DNA from: a bacterium
GTDB taxonomy: Bacteria; Hinthialibacterota; Hinthialibacteria; Hinthialibacterales; Hinthialibacteraceae
NCBI GenBank assembly: GCA_963662285.2
Contig: CAXXMV010000002.1
Location: 128,001 to 192,000, forward strand
Direction of reading: 5' to 3'
Length of the DNA stretch: 64,000 bases
Numbering within the stretch: position 1 is the first letter of the stretch; each line of letters opens with the position of its first letter. Shown in pieces: positions 9,150-18,461 of this stretch. The position numbers were made by a program, and so were the translations under genes. The notes beneath the pieces are model-generated. The model had not been told where the DNA came from, made no database searches, and saw only the letters and a list, made by a program, of their open reading frames with translations.

Positions 9150-10895
9150 ATGAAACTAAATAATCCTAAAATCGGTTTTCCCGCTATTTATGCCTATCTG
9201 TTGTTTTTCATAATAATATATGGAAATTACTGCATAGCTCAAGAGAATAAAGAGAAAAGCGTTACTCCGATCTATGTAAATCAAATCGGTTATCTTCCCG
9301 CCGATCAGAAAATCGCCCTTGTTTCTGCACCGACGGGGATATCTTTCGAACTTATCAACCAAAATTTGAAAAAATCTGTATTAAAAGGCATGTTGAACAT
9401 AGCCGAGCCAGGCGATGCCGCTAGCGGTTCAGATTTATGGCAGGCCGATTTCAGCGTTATCAGCGCAACCGGGCAATATATCCTCCAGATTCCCGGATTG
9501 GGAGATTCTTATTCGTTCCAGATACAAGATAACCTATATACAGAACTGATTAAACAATCCATAGCGGTTTTCTATCTTCATAGAAGCAGCTCCGCCATTG
9601 GACAGGCCTATGCCGGTAAATGGGACAGAGAAGCCTTTCACTTGTCAGATGGCCTCATACACACAGCCACCGCCATAACGGATATTCCACACAATGCCAC
9701 AGGCGGTTGGTTCGATGGCAGTGATTATGGTAAATACTCCGTCAGCGGTATTTATTCAGCTGGAGTCTTATTGATGCTTCATGAACATTTTCCAATTCAA
9801 TTCGGAGATGGAACCCTGCTTATTCCAGAACAGGCTAATAGCATTCCAGATATATTGGATGAAATTCGGTGGGAAATTGATTTTCTACTCCGTATGCAGG
9901 ACGCCAATGGAAGCGTCCATCATAAATTAACCTCTTTAGACCCCCCCAAACCCGAACTCCCCAATAAAAACGATTCTCCCAGATACGTCTTTCCAAATTC
10001 AACCTCCGCTACAGCTGGCGCATGCGCCTTATTCGCCAAAGCATCCAGATTATATTCCGTTCATGACGCAACCTATGCAGAGATTTGCAAAAACAGCGCC
10101 CTTTCCGCCTGGAATTACCTCCAAACGCATCCATCCGATAATGGTTTCGTTAATCCCGGTAATGTTAGAACCAAAACGTTCCTCGATGCCGATGATTCCG
10201 ATGAAAGATTTTGGGCGGCCATAGAACTTTTTATCACAACAGGAGACCAGCAATATCAAAGCACAGCCTTATCCATTGAAAATAAAAGAGTTACTTTACT
10301 TTCAGCTTCTGGCTATTGGGGAAATGTAATGCCTTTAGCTGTGGGCGCCATTTTGAAAGCGACCCCTGAGATGTTCGACGAAAAACTACTCCAGACAATC
10401 AGCAAAGACCTCATTTCTTTAAGCACTATTATCTCTGATGCGATTAATGCTGACGGATTCAAATTAAGCCTGAAAGAGGGAGATTTTGCCTGGGGTTCTA
10501 ATGGAGCTTTGCTGGAAAACGCTATGATTCTTTGTTTGGCGGATATTTATAAATCCAACCCGGTTTACCGGCAAGGCGCCAAAGATCAATTACACGCCGT
10601 ACTTGGCCGAAATCCACTTTCGATGTGTTACGTAACCGGATTCGGCAGCCAGTCTCCCAAGCATCCATATCATTTGATTTCAATGGCCGACAAAATTGAA
10701 GAACCTCTTCCCGGACTTATTGTAGGAGGCCCTAATCAGTTTCTGGGAGACAGCGCCGTGAAGAAAATATTCTCCAAAACCGCCGCACCCGCCACAATAT
10801 ATCTCGATTCAGCGGAAAGCTATTCTTCTAACGAAACAGATCTGACCTGGAACGCGGTACTAGCCTATGTCGCTACGTATATATCTTCGAAATAA
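9150..10895 (+). CDS. Glycoside hydrolase family 9 with N-terminal Ig-like domain
   Basis: VNQIGYLP, GGWFDGSDYGKY, LGRNP..YVTGFG, YSSNE..WNA. Confidence 0.88.
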   Translation: MKLNNPKIGFPAIYAYLLFFIIIYGNYCIAQENKEKSVTPIYVNQIGYLPADQKIALVSAPTGISFELINQNLKKSVLKGMLNIAEPGDAASGSDLWQADFSVISATGQYILQIPGLGDSYSFQIQDNLYTELIKQSIAVFYLHRSSSAIGQAYAGKWDREAFHLSDGLIHTATAITDIPHNATGGWFDGSDYGKYSVSGIYSAGVLLMLHEHFPIQFGDGTLLIPEQANSIPDILDEIRWEIDFLLRMQDANGSVHHKLTSLDPPKPELPNKNDSPRYVFPNSTSATAGACALFAKASRLYSVHDATYAEICKNSALSAWNYLQTHPSDNGFVNPGNVRTKTFLDADDSDERFWAAIELFITTGDQQYQSTALSIENKRVTLLSASGYWGNVMPLAVGAILKATPEMFDEKLLQTISKDLISLSTIISDAINADGFKLSLKEGDFAWGSNGALLENAMILCLADIYKSNPVYRQGAKDQLHAVLGRNPLSMCYVTGFGSQSPKHPYHLISMADKIEEPLPGLIVGGPNQFLGDSAVKKIFSKTAAPATIYLDSAESYSSNETDLTWNAVLAYVATYISSK

Positions 10896-10971
10896 TATTG
10901 TTTTAATGTTTATTAAAGAGTCATACATAGCGAAGGATGGATAAGTTTTACCAATACTTCCCCACCCGCAT

Positions 10972-11084
10972 GTAGGGCGCGCCCCTTGTGGGCGCCCGGA
11001 ATTTGCAAGACCTTCGATCCCACAAAATACCCGATGGGCGCCAAGGGCAAGACCGCATTGCGGTCAGCCCTTGATAAAACCACC
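10972..11084 (+). repeat. REP cluster: family A and family D (GGGCGCCAAGGGCAAGACCGCATTGCGGTCAGCCCTTGAT) with AAAACCACC tail
   Basis: Matches other copies; lies between convergent genes. Confidence 0.85.
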
Positions 11085-11091
11085 TTCAATT

Positions 11092-12945
11092 CTACCAAAC
11101 CCCGGACAATTCTAAAACATCCAGAATTCGTTCATACCTTCCAAACGGAGGGAAAATATAGGCGCCTTGAACTGCGGGATATTCTTTTGAATAGCGCAAT
11201 GCCTCCGCAGCTATTTTAATTCCCTCTTCACGCTGTTTATCTTTGGTTGAACACATGCCAATGCGTTTCATTATTTCAGCAGGAACCTGCATTCCCGGAA
11301 CATTATCATTAAAGAACTCGGCATTTTTCAAGCTCGACAACGGCAACACGCCCACAAAGAATGGAATCGGTTTAACATGCTTTATTCTATTTAAGAAATT
11401 ATCCAAAATCTCTGAATCATATATTGGTTGCGAAAATACAAATTCCGCGCCCGCGTTCACTTTTTGTTCATATCTTTTAACTTCAAGATCTATATCCGTC
11501 GCGCCGGGATTACAGCCAACGCCGATCACAAAAGAAGTTTGACCCTTTAATGGACGTTTTGCGAAATCCAGCCCGCGATTTAAGAGAGAAACATTATCCA
11601 CCAGACCGATTGAATCCAGATCGAACACGGCTGTAGCATCTGGATAAATCCCCATCTTGGGAGGATCGCCGGTTATGATCATAAGATTACGCAAACCCAG
11701 AGCATTTGAACTAATCAGGTCCATCTGCAGAGCCAACAGGTTTCTATCCCGGCAGCAAACATGAATAATTGATTCAATTGGAACAGCCCGTCTTACCAAT
11801 TGAGATAAAGCGATGGGAGACATTCTTCCGGAAGCGCGCGGCCCGTCAGCAATATTGATAGCGTCAATGCCGTTTTCATAAAGGAATTTGGCGCCTTCCA
11901 CCGATTTAGTTGCATCAATTCCCTTGGGAGGGTCCAATTCAACCGAAATGACGAACTTCTTCCCCAGCGAGCGGCCAAATGTAGAACGGCCAGCTACCGG
12001 AATTGGCGTCATCGCATTTTCGCCATAACTCTCTTCTTTAGGTTCTTCCAGTATTTCAACTATATTCCTGGGCTGAACCGAACGAAGAAATGACGACATT
12101 TCACGAATCATTTTCGGGGTGATTCCAGCATTGCCGCCAACGATTGCAACGCCTTTCTGCACCAGGCGTTTGGTGTATTCAGCTAAATATTCCGGAGAAT
12201 CCATAAAGATGGTGCGGCCATCAACTATTTCCTGCGAGCAGGCATCCGGCATAACAGAAAGCGGCAGAATGTCACCAGCAGTCTGTTTCATCTTCGCGAT
12301 CATTTCCAGAATATCTTTCACGCCTCCACCACTGACGCCGCCCAGCTCCGCGCCCCAATTTTTCAAGACCGCCAGGTAGGCGCCCAGAGCATCTTCCTGA
12401 TCTGTTCGCAGACAAGAAAAAGAGATGGAAGGAAGAATCGGTATCGACGGATTCAATGAATTAACGGCGTCAAAGCATAGTTTCAAAGTTTCCAATGAAG
12501 GAAAAGACTCCAAAATTAGAATATCTATACCCGCATCCAGCAGAATCGACGCTTGTTCTTTTATAATCTCCTGATAGTTTTCCACTTCTTCAGAAGATTC
12601 CGTTCGCAGAACAGGTCCAATAGAACCTGCAACATAGCGGGAGTCTCCCGCAGCCTTGCGGGCAATTTCCACTCCCGTGCGGTTTATTTCTTCTAATTTA
12701 TCGGATATGCCATAGGCCTCTAATTTCAGACGATTGGCGCCAAACGTGTTTGTAGTTATGATCTCCGCACCGGATTTAGCATATTGAGAATGTATTTCTT
12801 CAATAATTGCAGGATTGGTAAGGTTCAGCTCATCGTAACAACGATTGACGAAGAAACCACGGGAATATAATTCCATGCTTATCCCGCCATCAGCCAAAAG
12901 TACTCGTTTTTTTAGTATATCTTTAATTCTATCAACCATTTCCAT
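11092..12945 (-). CDS. Bifunctional homocysteine S-methyltransferase / 5,10-methylenetetrahydrofolate reductase (YitJ-like); HMT Zn ligands absent
   Basis: LADGG, TTNTFGAN, AGSIGP; C-terminal VELDPPKG, HVCCRDRN, TGDPP MTHFR motifs. Confidence 0.88.
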   Translation of the reverse strand: MEMVDRIKDILKKRVLLADGGISMELYSRGFFVNRCYDELNLTNPAIIEEIHSQYAKSGAEIITTNTFGANRLKLEAYGISDKLEEINRTGVEIARKAAGDSRYVAGSIGPVLRTESSEEVENYQEIIKEQASILLDAGIDILILESFPSLETLKLCFDAVNSLNPSIPILPSISFSCLRTDQEDALGAYLAVLKNWGAELGGVSGGGVKDILEMIAKMKQTAGDILPLSVMPDACSQEIVDGRTIFMDSPEYLAEYTKRLVQKGVAIVGGNAGITPKMIREMSSFLRSVQPRNIVEILEEPKEESYGENAMTPIPVAGRSTFGRSLGKKFVISVELDPPKGIDATKSVEGAKFLYENGIDAINIADGPRASGRMSPIALSQLVRRAVPIESIIHVCCRDRNLLALQMDLISSNALGLRNLMIITGDPPKMGIYPDATAVFDLDSIGLVDNVSLLNRGLDFAKRPLKGQTSFVIGVGCNPGATDIDLEVKRYEQKVNAGAEFVFSQPIYDSEILDNFLNRIKHVKPIPFFVGVLPLSSLKNAEFFNDNVPGMQVPAEIMKRIGMCSTKDKQREEGIKIAAEALRYSKEYPAVQGAYIFPPFGRYERILDVLELSGVW

Positions 12946-12974
12946 ATCTCGATCTTTTTTATAGTTAGCAGTTC

Positions 12975-13015
12975 GTAGGGTGGGCTAAAAGCGAAGCGTA
13001 GCCCACCAAAACCAC
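12975..13015 (+). repeat. REP family B (GTAGGGTGGGCTAAAAGCGAAGCGTAGCCCACC) with AAAACCAC tail
   Basis: Near-identical copies at 18394, 25827, 46562 and 59203. Confidence 0.9.
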
Positions 13016-13150
13016 TCTGCTACTAATAAAAAATTAGCTCTTTCCCGCACAACAACGATAATATATAGACAGTCAAAATAATAGCAATCTTAATGTCAAA
13101 CGGAACCGTAGACAAAATAGAAACGGCAAAAATCAACAACCTCTTTCATG

Positions 13151-13202
13151 ACCACAACACCTGGTAGATATTCCACAGAATTTTCTACAAGATATAGCGT
13201 GA
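13151..13202 (+). promoter_or_regulatory. Tandem NrdR-box-like operator
   Basis: ACAACACCTGGT and ACAAGATATAGC spaced 33 bp; 40/52 ungapped identity with 25282-25333. Confidence 0.55.
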
Positions 13203-13272
13203 TTTTGTAATACTTCAACTTTTTGTCGACTTATAATTTCTATGTTATAATATTCCTAGGGAGAACTTACCG

Positions 13273-14625
13273 ATGAGACGCTTAATTTTTTGTCAATTAT
13301 TGCTGTTGATTGGTCTAACTTTAACCCTCGTTGCGCCTGCCCAGAACACTGAATCCAAGACGAATATAAAACCGATGCAAGAAAATCCCGGCAAACCGGA
13401 AAAACCCAAAACCTACCGGGAAAAATATGTTGAATTCTATAATCCCAAGGATTACGCCAAGAACTATAAGGAAAGATACAAACCAGAAAATTATAAAGAA
13501 TATTATCATGATCTTCATCGGGAAAATTTTCAACAATTCAAAAATTCCAGAAAATATCTAGAAAGTATAAGTAAGAGCACCGATAAAATAATTGATAAAG
13601 CAACACGCCTGGATCCTATGGCTGAAGATATTTTTAATGTTGATAAATATGGCAAGACAAAAGTAGATAATTCGCGCAATTATATTCCCATGCCTTTTTA
13701 TAATCCCTATGAGTACCGCGACTACCAATATTCTAAACGCGGCTACGGCTCCAGTCTGCCGCCAAAACCTTATACAAAATACGATAATCCAGATTATTGG
13801 GTACAGGAACCAAGATTAGCTACTGTATACGGCGAATGGCAACCCAATGCATTAACAGATTTTGCCTATTCAAATCAACGAAAATTGAATGCTCTTCCTC
13901 ATACCAATGAAGTATACCTTCCCGTACCAATGCCCGGATCGGCGCCAGTATATGGAGGATCTTATTTCCCTCAGCAGAATCCATACCTTAAATATTTAGT
14001 CGGGCCGGGACAACCCCAAATATATTCTCCCCAAACCGGGAACGGGCCAATAGCGCCGGATGACTCAAGCCAGAGCCTCCCCAAAGCGCAACAGGTCAAA
14101 GAAAAACCAGATGAAATAACCAGTGATTCCACCAATACTGTTTCTCCTCAAAACAATGATATCAATCAAACAACAAACGGATACTCTCCCCAACCAATAC
14201 AGAGACCTCCAGAGACCAGTAATCCCCCCGCTCCGGTACATCTCTCACCGGCGCAGCTTCTTTATAAACAAGGTTTACAATCTTTCGCCCAGCGCAATTA
14301 TACTAAAGCCGGACAGACTTTTCAGAATCTGGTCAAAATGAATCCCGGCGCCCCTTATGTACAATTCGGTCATGGGCTTTCACTTTTTTATAGCGGAAAC
14401 TACAACGACTCATTGCAGGCTTTTCAAACAAGCATCGATTTATCAAGACAGAAAGCCATGCAACAACCAACCCTTTGGCAAATGTACACCCAACCCAACG
14501 ATTTCCGCTATCACTTTAAAAAACTAGCCAAGTATGCCGAGCAGCATCCCAAAAATGAATCAGCCAAAGAACTCTTATTTTTATTAAGCAAAATTTCTTC
14601 CAAACCCAAAACGATAAACAGGTAA
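13273..14625 (+). CDS. Secreted Tyr/Pro-rich protein with C-terminal TPR
   Basis: Signal peptide, low-complexity middle, TPR pair near the C-terminus; paralogous to the next gene. Confidence 0.7.
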   Translation: MRRLIFCQLLLLIGLTLTLVAPAQNTESKTNIKPMQENPGKPEKPKTYREKYVEFYNPKDYAKNYKERYKPENYKEYYHDLHRENFQQFKNSRKYLESISKSTDKIIDKATRLDPMAEDIFNVDKYGKTKVDNSRNYIPMPFYNPYEYRDYQYSKRGYGSSLPPKPYTKYDNPDYWVQEPRLATVYGEWQPNALTDFAYSNQRKLNALPHTNEVYLPVPMPGSAPVYGGSYFPQQNPYLKYLVGPGQPQIYSPQTGNGPIAPDDSSQSLPKAQQVKEKPDEITSDSTNTVSPQNNDINQTTNGYSPQPIQRPPETSNPPAPVHLSPAQLLYKQGLQSFAQRNYTKAGQTFQNLVKMNPGAPYVQFGHGLSLFYSGNYNDSLQAFQTSIDLSRQKAMQQPTLWQMYTQPNDFRYHFKKLAKYAEQHPKNESAKELLFLLSKISSKPKTINR

Positions 14626-14631
14626 CCAAGT

Positions 14632-14668
14632 CCCCTCTCCCACCGGGAGAGGGCTAGGGTGAAGGGGA
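14632..14668 (+). repeat. REP family E
   Basis: CCCCTCTCCCACCGGGAGAGGGCTAGGGTGAAGGGG. Confidence 0.8.
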
Positions 14669-14729
14669 ATTTTTAAAAAACGCCTGACAAAAAAATTGGT
14701 CGCACGACTCTAAAGATTAGGTAATAATA

Positions 14730-15842
14730 ATGAGAACTATAACCCTGATATTATTAATTATTACTTTCTTAACGCCTGATTCATCCGCCCAATATGAAAA
14801 ACGAAGCAAGCCGAATTACGGATATGTCACCAGAATGCCATTATACGGTGATATACGTACTATGAAATACATTACTCCAGGAAAAATCCATGTCAGGGAA
14901 ATTTTTGAGGCTCAGATTGAAAACTTTTTCCATAACCAGGGGTTTACAACTTACGACCATCTTATAAATAAGGCCTATAAAGAACACGATCCACGTTCTA
15001 ATATGAGTAATTCTAGCACCCCGCAATTTATCACTCCGTTATACAGTAAAAAGAGAAAACAAAATATGGAGCTACCAATAGGCCCCATGCTGCCTCCCAT
15101 AGTTTTACCAGAACCAATGCCCACCCCGAAAGCAAGGCTGTTTAAACCATTTATTCCATCAATTTTTTATCAGAATTCCTATCCACTGGATTCTCCATAT
15201 CAAGAGAATGCGCCGCCGGTTGATGACGCCACTGATACCGTTAACGACCTCCCGCCATCAAATGAACCGCCGGAGAATCCCTATGATCTTCCGGTTTTGA
15301 ATCCTCCCGGCTCAGTAGAAGCCGGGCCGGACGACTCGCAGGAAACCGGTGATATAGAATCTAATCAAAAAAACCAGGCGCATCTATACCGCCCCTTTTC
15401 TCTTCCAGGATGGAATAATTTAGCAAGCTATAATTCACCGCAAAATCTGCTTGCCAGGGGATGCGGTTATTTCCAAGCCAGAAATTATCCTCAAGCCAGA
15501 AAAACATTCACCAAATTCGCTCAAATCCAACCCTATTCACCCCACGCTCATTTTGGCAGAGCCATTTGTCTTTTATATTCTGGAGAATATGATGCTGCGC
15601 TGGAGGCTATCAGCGAAAGTTACCGCATAGCACGGGAAAATAACCAGCCCAAGCCAACCGTCTGGGAGATGAATATCCACCCCAAAGACTATAGAAAGCA
15701 CGTAAGAAATCTTCTGCTATACGTAAACAATAACCGTCACAACAAAAAAGCCGGAACGCTGCTAATGCTAGTATCGCACGCCGGATACGCCCCCCGACCA
15801 GGGACAAATACTCAAACGGTCGCCTCTGCAAACAATCATTGA
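14730..15842 (+). CDS. Secreted Pro-rich protein with C-terminal TPR (paralog of 13273-14625)
   Basis: Signal peptide; shared motif F.ARNY..A..TF...FG....YSG.Y and PT.W.M...P.D. Confidence 0.7.
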   Translation: MRTITLILLIITFLTPDSSAQYEKRSKPNYGYVTRMPLYGDIRTMKYITPGKIHVREIFEAQIENFFHNQGFTTYDHLINKAYKEHDPRSNMSNSSTPQFITPLYSKKRKQNMELPIGPMLPPIVLPEPMPTPKARLFKPFIPSIFYQNSYPLDSPYQENAPPVDDATDTVNDLPPSNEPPENPYDLPVLNPPGSVEAGPDDSQETGDIESNQKNQAHLYRPFSLPGWNNLASYNSPQNLLARGCGYFQARNYPQARKTFTKFAQIQPYSPHAHFGRAICLLYSGEYDAALEAISESYRIARENNQPKPTVWEMNIHPKDYRKHVRNLLLYVNNNRHNKKAGTLLMLVSHAGYAPRPGTNTQTVASANNH

Positions 15843-15871
15843 TATATAAATTTAACACGAAAGAAACAACT

Positions 15872-16093
15872 GTAGGGGCGCCTTTCATGGGCGCCCGATA
15901 CACTAGGCGCCAAGGTCAAGACTGCATGGGTGCCAAGGGCAAGAGCGCAATGCGCTCAGCCCTTGATCAAACCACCAACGATAGAATGAAATTCCTTAAC
16001 TTAATGACATTGCCTTTCATAGGAGCCCGATATCCCAGACGCCAAGGCAGAAACAAAAAGGGTGCCAAGGGCAGTGTCCTTTCTGCCCTTGAT
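15872..16093 (+). repeat. Mosaic REP cluster (A variant, partial D, D, D variant)
   Basis: Multiple palindromes with partial tandem duplications. Confidence 0.8.
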
Positions 16094-16181
16094 TGAATTC
16101 ACCTCATGTATGTCTATAATGTATGTAAACAATCCACCCGAAAGACAGAATAATTGAACAGAATATTATCAAGGAACATAA

Positions 16182-16979
16182 ATGGATCGCAGAAACTTCA
16201 TTCAATGTTGCAGCGGCATAGCGGGCGTCTCATTTACCCATAGCGGCAAAATACCCAAACGGTATTTCGGCGCCAATAAAGATGCCGTATCCATTCTTGG
16301 ATTCGGCGCCGGAGACCTCTACCGCCTGCCGCAGAAGGATGCGACGGACTTAGCGCAAACCGCCCACGCCAACGGAATCAACCTCTTTGACGCAGCCGCC
16401 GCATATGGCGATGGCCTATCAGAAGAACGCCTCGGCGCCGCATTGCAGGGCGTCGCTAGAGATGACGCCTTTCTCATTTCCAAAACTCTGGGCCGCACAC
16501 AGCAAGAGGCTCAAAAAGACCTACGCTCTTCCCTACACCGCCTACGCACGGACTACTTAAATGTATGGATGATCCACGATCTGCGCAACATATATGAATG
16601 GCAATCCATCTCCTCACCACGAGGCGCCCTGCAAGCGGTTCACAACGCCAAAGCTGCTGGAGACGCCCAATACATCGGGCTATCGGCCAACCGTAATCCT
16701 GAGCTGGTCTTAAAAGCAATCAGAGAGTATCCCTTCGACGTAATAATGATTCCCGTCACGCCGGATGATGCTTTTGTAACAAAAGTCCTGCCGGAAGCGT
16801 TAAATAGAAACATAGGGGTAATTGGAATCCGCGTTTTTGATCTACCCAAAAAGAAAAAGAAGAATACAGCCTTTGTTCATAAATCAATTAACCGCGCTCT
16901 CTCTTATCCCATAGCTTGCGCTGTAACCGGCTGTGAAGACATTAAACAACTTAGGGAAAACATCGGCGCCTTACGGTAA
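16182..16979 (+). CDS. Aldo/keto reductase with twin-arginine-like N-terminus
   Basis: MDRRNF; LGFG, FDAAAAYG, ISKT, SLHRLRTDYL, MIHD. Confidence 0.85.
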   Translation: MDRRNFIQCCSGIAGVSFTHSGKIPKRYFGANKDAVSILGFGAGDLYRLPQKDATDLAQTAHANGINLFDAAAAYGDGLSEERLGAALQGVARDDAFLISKTLGRTQQEAQKDLRSSLHRLRTDYLNVWMIHDLRNIYEWQSISSPRGALQAVHNAKAAGDAQYIGLSANRNPELVLKAIREYPFDVIMIPVTPDDAFVTKVLPEALNRNIGVIGIRVFDLPKKKKKNTAFVHKSINRALSYPIACAVTGCEDIKQLRENIGALR

Positions 16980-16982
16980 ACA

Positions 16983-18341
16983 ATGAGAAAAAAAACCAAA
17001 CGCTTGCTTATCGAGATATCTATCGCCTCTGTCGTCTTATGCCTTCTTTCCGCTGTTATGATTCCTAAATTTATCGCCTCGCAGAATATCAACACCCCCA
17101 AACATTTCCCCGATCCCAACTTCCACAAAGCAGTCCGCCGATTTATGAATGTTTCACCAGAGGAAAGATTCACTTCCTTTGACGCCGCGCAGAAAAAGGG
17201 AATCCTGAATTGTGAACACATGAACATTAACGACATAAAGGGTATAGAATATTTTAAGAATATTGATGAGATACGTTTTGGAGGTAATAGAGTTAAAGAT
17301 TGCGACTTATCCCGAAATAAAAATTTAACCTTAATATCTTGCTCTCCAAATCTGCTAGAGAATCTTGATGTTTCCCATAACAAAAATCTGGAAACGCTTA
17401 TTTGTAACTCAAATCGACTTAACAAACTGGATTTATCTGAAAACAAAAATCTATTAAAACTTTTTTGCGCGATCAACCAGTTAGAAGCAATTGATATTAC
17501 AAATAATATTTATTTGTATGAACTGTACTGTCCGACAAACAATTTGAAATTTTTAGATACGGCTTCCAACAAAAAACTGCTCCACCTTTCATGCGATAAA
17601 AACAGATTGGAAAAACTTAATCTTGAAGGCAACCCAGAGTTAAGTCAATTATCATGCATGGACAATAGAATTTCCCAAATCAATCTTACTAATAATCCAA
17701 AACTGAAATTATTAAAAATAGATAAGAACCTCTTAGAAACAATTGATCTAAGTGAATTATCAAAACTAGATATTTGTTCAATTATAGGAAATAAATTATC
17801 CCTTATAGACATTTCTCAAAATAAAGAACTCCAGCATTTATCATGCAGCGCTAATAAATTACAAGAGTTAAATTTAAGTTCGAATAAAAAATTAGAATCG
17901 CTGGATTGTTCAGCTAATCAACTGGAATCACTGGATGTTTCGGATAAAAAATCATTAAGAATTTTGAACTGCTCATCCAATAAATTAAAGAAACTCGATA
18001 TATCCCATAATCAACAATTGAAACAATTGCATTTAGCGAATAACCAAATTGAGAAAATTGATTTATCGGATAAACCTATGTTGACAATCGTTGATCTGTC
18101 AAATAATCATCTTGATTCAATTCCAATATTCAAAAACAACCGAGAACTTAACACTATGGATTTACGCAATAATTTATTGAACCGGGATGACTGGGTGGAT
18201 GTGTACGACATAATAAAAAAGATGCCCCGGCCTAAATATAACAAAAATGGACAACTAACTCATGGATTCGCCTTTTCGCTTATACAGGGAATAGACCTGG
18301 GCGAACTAATAAACGGCGCCACCACAGAGTTAACCAACTAA
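16983..18341 (+). CDS. LRR protein (about 15 x 21-aa Cys-containing InlJ-type repeats) with pilin-like N-terminal anchor
   Basis: LxxLxCxxNxLxxLDxSxNxx repeats, FPDPNF cap, N-terminal hydrophobic helix. Confidence 0.88.
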   Translation: MRKKTKRLLIEISIASVVLCLLSAVMIPKFIASQNINTPKHFPDPNFHKAVRRFMNVSPEERFTSFDAAQKKGILNCEHMNINDIKGIEYFKNIDEIRFGGNRVKDCDLSRNKNLTLISCSPNLLENLDVSHNKNLETLICNSNRLNKLDLSENKNLLKLFCAINQLEAIDITNNIYLYELYCPTNNLKFLDTASNKKLLHLSCDKNRLEKLNLEGNPELSQLSCMDNRISQINLTNNPKLKLLKIDKNLLETIDLSELSKLDICSIIGNKLSLIDISQNKELQHLSCSANKLQELNLSSNKKLESLDCSANQLESLDVSDKKSLRILNCSSNKLKKLDISHNQQLKQLHLANNQIEKIDLSDKPMLTIVDLSNNHLDSIPIFKNNRELNTMDLRNNLLNRDDWVDVYDIIKKMPRPKYNKNGQLTHGFAFSLIQGIDLGELINGATTELTN

Positions 18342-18351
18342 CCAACATAAA

Positions 18352-18436
18352 AGGGTGGGTCACGCCTCACCGACTCACCAAAACCACCAACGCGTAGGGT
18401 GGGCTAAAAGCGAAGCGTAGCCCACCAAAAACCACC
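18352..18436 (+). repeat. REP doublet: family C (GGGTGGGTCACGCCTCACCGACTCACC) and family B, each with AAAACCACC tail
   Basis: Separates the two LRR paralogs. Confidence 0.85.
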
Positions 18437-18461
18437 TATGTATTCAAAAGGAGTCACCCAA

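Noticed and set aside
9705-9735. Inactive GH9 because of DGSD instead of DAGD
   Set aside because: Both Asp residues and the C-terminal catalytic Glu (SNE) are retained
12946-13272. SAM riboswitch upstream of the methionine/folate gene
   Set aside because: No SAM-I core motifs recognised; a covariance-model search would be needed
15872-16093. Possible CRISPR array in the repeat clusters (also 25524, 35463, 54825)
   Set aside because: Repeats are heterogeneous and irregularly spaced, with no cas genes
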